A stretch of 58,166 nucleotides of DNA, the filler included, from Catajapyx aquilonaris (lineage: Eukaryota): the NCBI GenBank assembly GCA_000934665.2. It is 2 parts of 2 records of this genome, joined end to end, with 100 filler letters (N's around TTAATTAATTAA, not from the genome) between each part and the next. Parts side by side here need not be neighbours in the genome. Positions count along the whole stretch, not along the records: positions 29,266 to 58,166 come from KZ539232.1; 1 more part is not named here. One strand, 5' to 3'. Position numbers and translations under genes: made by a program. This document shows, in pieces, positions 48,601 through 58,166 of this stretch; positions within the stretch are counted from its first letter, which is position 1; every line of letters starts with the position of its first letter. A model generated the notes under the pieces. It ran no database searches. It saw nothing but the letters and a program-made list of their open reading frames with translations, and was not told where the DNA came from.

Positions 48601-51600
48601 NNNNNNNNNNNNNNNNNNNNNNNNNNNNNNNNNNNNNNNNNNNNNNNNNNNNNNNNNNNNNNNNNNNNNNNNNNNNNNNNNNNNNNNNNNNNNNNNNNNN
48701 NNNNNNNNNNNNNNNNNNNNNNNNNNNNNNNNNNNNNNNNNNNNNNNNNNNNNNNNNNNTCCCCCCCCCCCCCCTCCCGCCATCGGAATTCAGCACTTAT
48801 TAATTCACTCCAATGATCTCCTGACTAATAGGCCAGGTTTCTAAAAATACCACCCCTTGCACAAAGGCGTATTGGGAAACATGTAGAAGTTATTCAGGTA
48901 TTCATGTGGACTAACACTCTTACGGTCATAGATTGCACGAGAAAAATACAATGAAAGTGCTTGCTTGGCTTCGTAAATGAAATGGACCATATTCTGTAAT
49001 GTTCTGTATTGTGCCAAAAAGTGCAGGAGCACAGATGTGAAACTAAACTGGGTTTTGCAGGCGGAAGCGATCTTCCAGGGACTCCCATTTGATATAAGGA
49101 ACCCATCGTCGAATGACCTCAATATGTCACTGTCCCAGTTGGGGGCAGCTTTGAAAACGAATGATTTAGAACGACTTAATATCTCTGAACGATATAAACC
49201 ATACATTGGGTTAAATTTGTGCGACTCTGCAGAGTACTTGCATTCTATGCTACCAATGAACGTTCAACGATGCCTAATAAGCCTGCGACACCCAGGAAAG
49301 TATATTCGTATAGCAAACCGATCAATCGAACTTACCCCCCAAGAACGCTGTTCCCACTGTAACCTCGAGCAAACTTTCTCCCTCTACCACATTCTACATG
49401 AGTGTTTGCTTTTTCGAAACCTCCGTAAAAAGTGGCTGTTTAATATTCCCAAAGTTCCGCCAGAACATATACTGTTAAATTTTGCGAACATGAATGCCAC
49501 TGACTGCTACAAAATGTACAAATTTTGGCTGGGTGTATTAGGCTACATGGAACATTACTGACCCCTCGTGGCGGAGTGGACGAAGATAAAGATTCCCCCC
49601 CCCCCCCCNNNNNNNNNNNNNNNNNNNNNNNNNNNNNNNNNNNNNNNNNNNNNNNNNNNNNNNNNNNNNNNNNNNNNNNNNNNNNNNNNNNNNNNNNNNN
49701 NNNNNNNNNNNNNNNNNNNNNNNNNNNNNNNNNNNNNNNNNNNNNNNNNNNNNNNNNNNNNNNNNNNNNNNNNNNNNNNNNNNNNNNNNNNNNNNNNNNN
49801 NNNNNNNNNNNNNNNNNNNNNNNGGGGGGGGGGGGGGCGTAGGTGGCGACAACCCCGGTTGGTTTTATAAAACAATTAGAAATATGGCAGTAATCAATTT
49901 ATTTATTTAATACAGCCATACGGCGTGACGTCACATCATACTTTCTGTTCGAATCGAGTGGCGCGGTCAGACAGGTGCACTTGCTTGAACCTGTTGAGCA
50001 GCTTTTTAGCCTTGCGGGTTGCACTGAAAAAGGTGCTCTCATGCTCCACTGGTAGGGTACATGGTAGTGTACTACTGTACAGTAGTGTGGTCAGTACACT
50101 GCCGGTGTAGCAGGAGAGCGCCTTTTTCAGTGCAACCCGCAAGGTTAAAAACCCGTTCAACCAGGTTCAAACAAGTGCATCTGTCAGTCCGCGCCACTCG
50201 ATTTGAACGGAAAGTAGGATGTGACGTCACGCCGTAGGCCCCAATAAATAAATTGTTTACTGCCGTATTTCTAATTGTTTTATAAAACTGACCGGGGTTG
50301 TCACCACCTACGATTTTTCCCCTCCCCCTCGTGCGCGCTTGACCCGTGACTCTGAAACGCCCTGTATAATTGCGTCAGCCAGAAATTGGACAGATTTTTA
50401 ACTGATAGCACTACATGCAAATGTGAAGATTTGCAAATTCAGTGTTCATTTCTCGAACGGGTAAATAAGACTTGTGACACGGCTATCCATCTCGCACGAC
50501 CAAAAAGGTGAAATTGGAGCACTGGTCGAGATACTGCCAATGGAAATTTCAAAGTGTAACCAAGGGTTGTTTGCTTATAGATAGAGCAAGTGATGTAGAG
50601 TTAATTAAGGATTTGTAATCAGTGGGGATCACTTCTCGCTAACTATTACTATATTATCCATTTGGTCAGATGTGCACGATGCCGTGTTGCCAAACGCCCG
50701 ATGGCTGTCCACATGAAGCATTTTTTCTTTGTTTTGCAAGATATGAATCATGTTAGCATATCTGGTGATAGGCTAATGTGTGTGTTTTTTTAAAACAATG
50801 GTTTTTGTGTGTGTGCTGTGTCTATTATTTGAGACTCCTATTGTCACTGAATGCCCCTAGTTTGACATTGTTGTTGGTAGGGGTGGTGGTGGTGGTGTCT
50901 GAACTGATTAACACTATGGAGGAGATAATGGCATGAACCGCTTTTTGTGTTAGGCGTATATTGAAACTTTTAAAATCTGCATATATAGTACATATTCCGT
51001 ACATGTTAAAACCAAACATACGGTATGCCCATGTCCTAGAAAACACAATACATTCAAATAGTGCAAATTAGGACATGTGGTGTTACGTATGTGGTGTCCT
51101 TCTTCAGGGTTGAGTTGATTATCAAATCATCATATAGTTCCCATTGCCCGTCAAAGCGACGGCAATAAGCTGTGTAGTGTGTCCCACGCCAGTTGGTGTG
51201 GCTGGTGCAACAAAAGCAATTGCTGACTGCAAGTGTGGAGTGACCAATCAAAACGCAACAAGCGCCAAAATTTTTTAAATTGAGTAGTAGTAGTAGTAGT
51301 AGGTGGTAGCACGTCCTTGAGGCTCGGGTCTCCATGTGTGTTAGATTGTGACAGCTCTAAATGCAATACCTACCGTATTATAAGGGCTGGAAAATGGAGT
51401 GTTGTTTCAAAACGCAATATGTGACCCATAACGGCTACTTCAAAATGCAACATGCGCCAAACAGCCAATGGGAGAGTGCGATGCGCGACCGTTACAAATG
51501 GCCACCGATATCTTACCAACCCCATAGAGTAAGCTAACCAACCCACACAGTACTACAGTAGTACATATGTTGTTCTCGTCGACTCGCTCCAACCCCGAGG

Positions 51601-51761
51601 CTGAGGGGCGTATAAGTAATAAAATTTGAAGACTAATAGCTAATAATGTTCTCATGATTAGCATTGTGTTTAGATAATAATTAGTGTCAAGGATATGGTA
51701 TCATGGTTCCTGCTGATAGAAGATACTAAGAATTTATCACAGTCCAATAATACGGCAAATG

Positions 51762-51823
<62 letters not shown>

Positions 51824-54800
51824 TTGGTTGGGTAATGCTTTCACCCATCAGGGTTTATCGCATGGACCTTTATTATTAGCTGTTGGTGTATACATAGTAC
51901 ATGGTACCTATTTAGCGTATCGCCCGGGCCCTCCGGCAGGATGACAGGAGGGGATGTGCAAGGTGCAGTGCATCTGACGCTGTGGCCATTTTTAGTGAAC
52001 TCCCCCGGGTGGTTTAGTCTATAGGAAATACCACCCGAGACGAAGCCAGAGGTGACCCTGAACTCTGCACGAGATGAAGGGGGTGTCCCCGGGCTGGGAT
52101 CGAACCCGGGACCTTAATATCTGTGGGCGTGTGCATTACCGCAGCACCACTCCGCCTCCCCACCAATGATAATAATCGATCAAAACGCAACATCTGACAC
52201 ATGTACCCAAGCAAAATGCAATATGTGAAATTTTGATTAATTTTTTTCTCGTGACTAGGCAATTCCTGATGTCATTAACATACACCATTAACCACCTCTG
52301 CATATGGGCATAATGTACTGCACATTTGGTTTCTTGGTCGCATTCCATTTTGGGGGCAATAGGTTTTTGTTGAATATCTCGAAATGGCTTTGTTGGTGGA
52401 TGTTGCATTTTGAATGGTCACTCCACAAGTAATATGTCATGTTCTTAAATCTTACTTCCTTATGAATGTCTCTCAGGATGACTTTATAATGCCTTTCACT
52501 CATGCTGTTATTATAGCCTGTCTCATCCCATTTTTCAATAATTAATATCTCGAGATTGGTGACATCTAGAGAGGAGGGGTTACCGGCACAAACGAAGCAC
52601 TAACGAATGGTGCCTCCGAAATTGCGGAATTACGTTGGTGGGGGGTGGGGGTGGGGGGCTGGCCCCAAAAAAGGAAAAATTAATATCTCGCTAACTAAGG
52701 AAGCACAAACGATGGGGTTTATGGCTCAAACAGGCATTAATGAAGCACTAACCAGCCAGCATGTATGTTGTGACCAAAGGGTAACAGTTACAAGTGCATT
52801 TGAAGTACCCCGTGTGGGTTGATCTGGATGCCTGTGGCAGTTGACAGCAAAATTTGCAGACTAAATTTGTGTCATATTTTCCAGTCAAAATGCTGAAATT
52901 GAAGGGTATGGTGCAAGAAGGGGGTAAGTCCATTTTTGATCCGCGGGCATTCATTTAATAGGTAGACACTATTAATAACAAATTGCTGGATTGTTCGGTA
53001 CAGGAACAAAAATCAGCCTGTGCCAGATGAGACCCGGCACAGGTCGATGAATCCAGTTCTTGTACCAAACAATCCAGCAATTTTTAATCAATAAAGTCTA
53101 TCTCTGCTTTCTCCACATTAGATTGGTAAATGAGTGTCTCTCAAGCCACAAAATAATGATAATAATCCAGGTAGCGCTTCACCACCTTGATTGGAACCTT
53201 TTTGCAAAGCGCCCGGGTCTGCAGGCCGGGTCATTGGGAGAGGAGGTGCAAGTGCAATGTCATTAGTTGGCCATTTTGCGAGTTCCCCCATGTGGTTAGT
53301 CTCAAGGAGTCCCACCCAAGCTAGGCTTGGGATTGAACCCATGACCCTTCCATCCATGGTCATTAGGGCGGCTCCATAGGGTTTCATCGAAATAAGGTTG
53401 GGAATAATGCTGGATAATCAGGATAAACATTTCGTCCATAGTCATACCATTCTTCAGAAATGAGACTGTACATTACCACAGCGCCACTCTTCCTCCCCTC
53501 CTCAGACCATGTACAGGGTGGGCGAAAAGTCCCAGGACACCTGGCTTTTTTTGCCTGCAAAACAAATCTGTGCATGGAAAATGTGTCGGATTTGCTGGTG
53601 TAACATCTTCTGGACACTGACGGAACTGTTTGATGAGGGGAGACATCTGGGGACCCCCAACAACACCCACAATAAATTAACAATGTTAACAGTGCAAGAT
53701 GGAGGATACGAGCGGGTTCACTGTGGAGGAGAGACTTGTGGCTACCACAAGAGGCCTCATACTGGAAAGAACCTAACGCACATCATGCAGGATATCAGGG
53801 CTCGTTTTGGTAAGGCGCCACTGAGAAGAAGTAACTTGTTCAAGTGGGAGAAAAAAGCATTCAGCTTGTGAAATGTGAAAGACGGGAAGCGTGAAAGACA
53901 CTTCCCTTGCTAAATGCTTTTTTCTCCCATTTGAACAAGTTACTTCTTCTCAGTGGCGCCTTACCAAAACGAGCCCTGATATCCTGCATGATGTGCGTTA
54001 GGTTCTTTCCCGTATAAGGCCTCTCGTGGACCCACACAGTAGCCACAAGTCTCTCCTCCACAGTAAACCCGCTTGTATCCGCCATCTTGCACTGTTAACA
54101 TTGTTAATTTATTGTGGGTTATGTTGGGGGTCCCCAGATGTCTCCTCTCATCAAACAGTTCCGTCAGTGTCCAGAAGATGTTACACCAGCAAATCCGACA
54201 CATTTTCCATGCACAGATTTGTTTTGCAGGCAAAAAAAGCCAGGTGTCCTGGGACTTTTCGCCCACCCTGTACAGTTGTGAGCATAAAGATGTTGATGGT
54301 AGACCAGAGCTCTTCCTCTGCCTCTTACCAACAGCACCAGCCGATAAGCCTACTAGTCTAGGACATGCCGAGAACACTATGTTGACAGTGTAATGGTGAC
54401 ATTGGAACCTCCTCTACTAGCAGGGGGAGTGCAGTGCTGGACATTAATTCCGTCTCACTGCTAGCAACATTTGCTGTGACGGTAGAAGAGTAGGCCTACA
54501 TCGAAGTGATGAAGTGCGAGCCTTGCGAGTAAGAAGTGATAGACCTTGCTAATGACGTCAACCACTCCCTCCAAAGTGTTTTGACCTATTGCGAGCAACC
54601 GATGACATCACCAGCAGTGTCTATCACTTCTTACTCGCAAGGCTCGCACTTAATCACTTCGATGTACTCTTCTTCCACCGCGGCAAACGCCGCTAGCAGT
54701 GAGACAGAATTAATGTCTAGCACTGTACTACAGTCCACATCTTTATGATTTATGCTCGCAACTGTACATACATGATTGGCTGTCAGGTAGAGAAAGGGAG

Positions 54801-55529
54801 GGTGGTGGAAGGACTTCACTGCAATCTACCAGGAGACAGGCCACAACATAAGTGATAAATACAGGATATTCCAATCCATTTTAGTTAGTGATTTTTGGCA
54901 CTAAGCTGCTTATTTTAGACAATTACTTTTGAATAGTTAGTACTTTAGGAGTTTAGGTGGTTATCATATGTACTAGCTGGTAATATGTTGCATGAACCCA
55001 TTCTTTTAAATATATGTAAAGGGATGTAGCCTGTTAAGTATGGGTTCTATGTTCCAATGAGAAATCAGAAATTCTATGTATGTTCTACTGGGGACAGCCA
55101 ACAAGCTTTCTAATCTGTTGTTAGCATATAACACTTCAAATAGCCCATAAAAGAAGTTTAAAAGTAAGCATCATAGCATCAAAAGTGGCTAACTAAAAGG
55201 GACAATTCAATTGGATCACCCTATATTTCACGTTTTTAGAAGCAAAAAAGATAACCATAAATTCACAAAAAACAAACCAGGCAATCATGTAATCTAAAGT
55301 CAGTTACCATAAAATGTTGCAATGGCACACAAGAGCATCTTCCATTTTGGACAAAAGACACAAGTAATTTGTTCTACTCACCCACAGGCCATTGAGCCGA
55401 AAGGAATTCTTGTGCCCTCTGTTCTTGTGGAAGCACCCTGAAGTCCAAAAACCATGCCTCTCCCCAGGATAATACAAAGGATATCAAGAGCAGAAGAACA
55501 GCAAATGTGTTGTTTTTGTCTGCCTGCCA
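39611..55529 (-). CDS. STARD3: StAR-related lipid transfer protein 3 (MLN64 / insect Start1), 5'-incomplete, 7 exons in window
   Basis: Exons 55529-55382 (SFVLSWGEAWFLDFRVLPQE, end of MENTAL), 48397-48272 (FFAT-like GSFYSPLDSP), 45287-45226 (GSDDED...KPLSSQ), 44800-44648 (DWRLEK), 42473-42369 (VWNPAV), 42284-42109 (GGGVVASRDFV...KKYVR) and 39812-39611 (GENGPG...WLLDTDIKGWLP, stop TGA). All GT-AG with matching phases. Confidence 0.93.
40319..41155. mobile_element. hAT-like MITE(s) with a nested TA-flanked palindromic MITE (40427-40772)
   Basis: Left ends caggggtattcaactag at about 40319 and 40780; right end agttgaatagccctg at 41155. The inner element TA|CAGTAGA...TCTGCTG|TA has mirrored gtgatcgtcattgatc and tattaaccaaact arms. 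Confidence 0.65.
41176..41864. mobile_element. Kolobok-like non-autonomous element
   Basis: TIR GGGGGCACTACAGTC with flanks ATAA / TTAA. The host repeat is present uninterrupted at about 53376-53470. Confidence 0.8.
43395..43621. repeat. Imperfect palindrome, old MITE
   Basis: gctacagctctgctcaggggtcaga mirrored by tctgacccctgagcagagttgtagc. Confidence 0.65.
44090..44206. repeat. Perfect 117-bp palindrome (TA-flanked mini-MITE, core 44095-44201)
   Basis: 58-bp arms around a single A at 44148; TA|CAGTCGCCGAC...GTCGGCGACTG|TA. Confidence 0.9.
44290..44502 (-). mobile_element. Tc1-like terminal fragment, 3 copies in window
   Basis: End TA|CAGGGGTTAGACAAAA is shared with about 55781-55960 (+) and 57650-57949 (-). 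Confidence 0.7.
46421..46699. mobile_element. MITE with 8-bp TSD (P-element-like termini), 279 bp
   Basis: TIR CAAAGAGTTCTGCTA...TACCTAGAGGAGG and TSD gttttacc (46413-46420 / 46700-46707). Confidence 0.8.
46971..47621. mobile_element. TA-flanked MITE (Tc1/mariner/pogo type)
   Basis: TA|CAGTTTCGA ... TCGAAACTG|TA, with subterminal inverted ccggtactttatagga. Confidence 0.75.
48820..49600 (+). mobile_element. 3' end of a non-LTR retrotransposon (LINE) ORF2
   Basis: ORF 48977-49561 ends with the CCHC knuckle CSHCNLEQTFSLYHILHECLLFRNLR typical of LINE ORF2 C-termini. Flanked by assembly gaps. Confidence 0.75.
49838..50364. mobile_element. Palindromic Tc1-type MITE (left end lost in gap)
   Basis: Inverted arms of about 230 bp centred near 50075; right end ...CGCCCTG|TA. 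Confidence 0.8.
51054..51230 (-). pseudogene. Fragment encoding a USP-like cysteine-protease His box, probably transposon-derived
   Basis: THYTAYCRRFDGQWELYDDL...TPHVLICTI* matches the HY.AY.R...W..YDD His-box pattern. No upstream catalytic Cys region is visible. Confidence 0.5.
51760..52161 (-). mobile_element. SINE family A with (TTA)n tail
   Basis: Full-length copy with TSD-like aatgataataat on both sides. A diverged relative lies at about 53150-53375. Confidence 0.9.
52963..53100. mobile_element. Small palindromic MITE
   Basis: aattgctggattgttcggtacaggaac mirrored by gttcttgtaccaaacaatccagcaatt. Confidence 0.65.
53514..54270. mobile_element. Foldback Tc1/mariner derivative (5' end duplicated as an inverted repeat), 757 bp
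   Basis: TA|CAGGGTGGGCGAAAAGTCCC termini. Each arm (about 350 bp) encodes the transposase N-terminal HTH (MADTSGFTVEERL...DIRARFGKAPLRRSNLFKWEKKAF); loop about 45 bp. Confidence 0.9.
54432..54725. mobile_element. Palindromic MITE
   Basis: CAGTGCTGGACATTAATT ... AATTAATGTCTAGCACTG|TA, arms about 110 bp. Confidence 0.75.
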
Positions 55530-58166
55530 CTAGATGAGAAAGAGTGCTATTAATGCTATTACATTCAAGCTTTTCTAAATATATCAAATTATAAATACAA
55601 AATCACACACTTGAAAATTAAATAACCTTGTGTTTTTATTTGTAAGCATAAAGGAATCCAACCCTACATCAGTCACCGAAGAAATATTTTATCTAGCAAG
55701 AATGATCCTTATAACCCAATGCATACACGAGCCAACTGCCTGAGGGAAACTCTGTAGATTTCCACATATGTCTCAGAACATACAGGGGTTAGACAAAATA
55801 ATAGGAACACCTGCAAAAAGTGGTTAAAACTTCGCATCTGCTTTATTCGAAAACTGGAAAAGTTACAATGATGACTTTTACCAGGGTTTGAATCTCTGTC
55901 GATGTGCATTTGTCAAAGTATGCAGATGATGCAAAAATCACCAGGAAGAGAGAGAAGGGCAATTCCACGAAAGAGCCGACATGGGGTGCGGTTCTTACAT
56001 CTTAGATGCAGTTGGAATCTGAGTGACTAAAACCGATAGCATGTGGACCATGGTTTCCTTAGCCATGTTAGTTTGTGACAGTATCATTCCCAACAACACA
56101 GTATTATTCCCAGAGTATCTAAGTGTGCGCTCTGTGATATCCGTTCGGCTAATGCGCATTGCCAGCTGGTTATTCCCTGTACCAATATGTGAAAGGAAGA
56201 GAGACAGACGTCTTCATATAATTCAAGGGCACAAAATGCAACATCGATCTGTGCAATCACTTTGCTCTATTCATGAATGTGTGACCTTCCACAGCCACAC
56301 CAAAAGGTATCCAAAGGGCAAAAACTGACCTAGTTCCTATGTCAGTGCAGCGGAGCCATTATAAGATTATAAACGAAGCAGTGGTGGCGGAGGGGATATG
56401 GTATCCGACTGCTAATCGGGAGGTCCTGGGTTTGAATCCCGGTGCCGGCAACTCTAACCGTGGTTTTCTGTGGTTTCCCACGGTTCCTCCAGGAGAATTC
56501 CGGAGTTGTTTCCTAAACTAATAGGTCACAGCCGCCTCCTTCCTTTCCTATCCTATCCCAAAAAGCGCAGTAAAAACGAAACGAAGAGTTCCAGTAAAAA
56601 AAAAATATCCCCCCTAAAGAGCCGCCGGCTGATAACGGGGTATGAATTATTATTATAAGATTATGAATTCACAGACATTCCAATCTCCAAAAATTTTTGC
56701 TACTCCCAGTAAATCGATGTAGGTTGTACGTAACGATGCCGGGTGGTACGTAACGGGGGTGGATATCTCAAATGTTTTCATGTTCAAAATGAGACACCTC
56801 CCCAGCAGCGCACCCAGTATGTAGGCAACCAGACAGAAATTCTCGATTTGTGTCGAAACTGTACCTGATAGAAGTTTTTGTGTGTTTTTCCTGAAATCAG
56901 CATCAAAAAATACATAAGAAACACCTCTCATTTTGAAGAAAAAAATTTCATCGCAGGCCTATGATATATATTATAATATATATTATTATCTATTATTTTC
57001 TCGCGAACCATGCATGACCAAGGCCTCTAACTTAACATACTGAACCTTGTGCCAGTCACAACTAGTGTCACCAAATATGACTGATGTAACGCAAACACAT
57101 CACTAATTGTTGAGGTCACAATATTCTTCGGCATGTGACTGAGCAAGTGACCAATGAAATGCTATAAAAATTTATTTTTGCATTTTAGAGGAAAACTCAT
57201 TCCAGCGACGCATTCTCCTGGTGTTTTTCTTTTGATGTATATGTTCGTTGGGTTCTGAACACTTACACTAACTGAGAAAAATTCTCCCAAAAAGGCCTCA
57301 TTTTCAGTCATTTCCAGATTTTTACGATTTTTTTACCTCGTCATGGTTTTGCGCAATATGGCGTAAATTTTATAAGCAGCATTAACGAATAGTTGAGTAC
57401 TTCTTCGATTATTTGGACCAAGATCCGAGACGGTCTAGCAACATTTAGGCCCACTTGATTCGGAAAGACCCCTAGTAAATCGCTCAAGTTTTGAAACGAT
57501 ATATATCAAAAACTGTGGGCGATAGAAGATTTTGCGTATTTTCCCCGAAATCAGCATTAAAAAATACATAAGAAACACCTCTCACTTTGAAGAAAAAAAT
57601 TTCATCGCAGGCCTGTGTTATTGGTCCATCTCTATACCTCACAAAGTGACATCAATAGAGCTTCAAAATCCAGCAAAGTTCATATCCATAACTCTTTTAG
57701 TTTTCAAATGACAAGTCTGGAACACTTTGGTCAAAGATGGGGTCTGGGGGGTGGGGGGGTGTCGTTCGTCTTTTGTTTCTCTCCCTCCCTCGTGATTTTT
57801 GCATCATCTGCATTCCTTGACAAATGTACATTGACAGCTCTTCAAAACTGGTAAAAGTCATATTTGTAACTTCCAGTTTTCGAATAAAACAGACGCGAAG
57901 TTTCAACCGCTTTTTGCAGGTGTTCCTATTCTTTTGTCTAACCCCTGTATTTGTCATCATCGCTCAGTTAATCCCTCAAATGTAACACCTACATTTTACA
58001 CTTGTCTTTGACAAAGGAAACCACTGGTGGGTCCATGTGATTCCATTAACTCCAGGAATGTATGGTCAGGGGCCGGCCCTAGGTGGGTGCGGGGCCTAGG
58101 GCAAGAACTAAATGCGGGGCCTATTCTCCGTGAGTGAATTTCTGTACAACACGAATTGCGTATCCA

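Noticed and set aside
48328..49875. Long ORFs rich in X
   Set aside because: They read through N gaps.

Overview
Eukaryotic, arthropod-type genomic DNA in two blocks joined by an artificial 100-nt spacer (44 N + TTAATTAATTAA + 44 N, 29166-29265), so the two sides may not be truly adjacent. The left block holds: the 3' exons of a synaptopodin-2/myozenin-like Z-disc gene (+); a complete convergent 6-exon CFAP96/C4orf47 ciliary gene (-); an intronless 711-aa divergent ionotropic receptor (+); and a locally duplicated C2H2 zinc-finger locus. That locus has one 5' coding exon followed by two paralogous, phase-compatible zinc-finger array exons (9 and 12 fingers), then a deleted pseudogene copy of the receptor. 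The right block holds seven exons of STARD3/Start1 (MENTAL end, FFAT motif, START domain; - strand, 5' end outside the window). Introns and intergenic DNA are packed with tRNA-derived SINEs (at least 3 families), Helitron-like elements, Kolobok-, piggyBac-, P- and hAT-like MITEs, mariner, Harbinger and LINE remnants, and many palindromic foldback elements. All homology calls come from motif recognition by eye; no searches were run.
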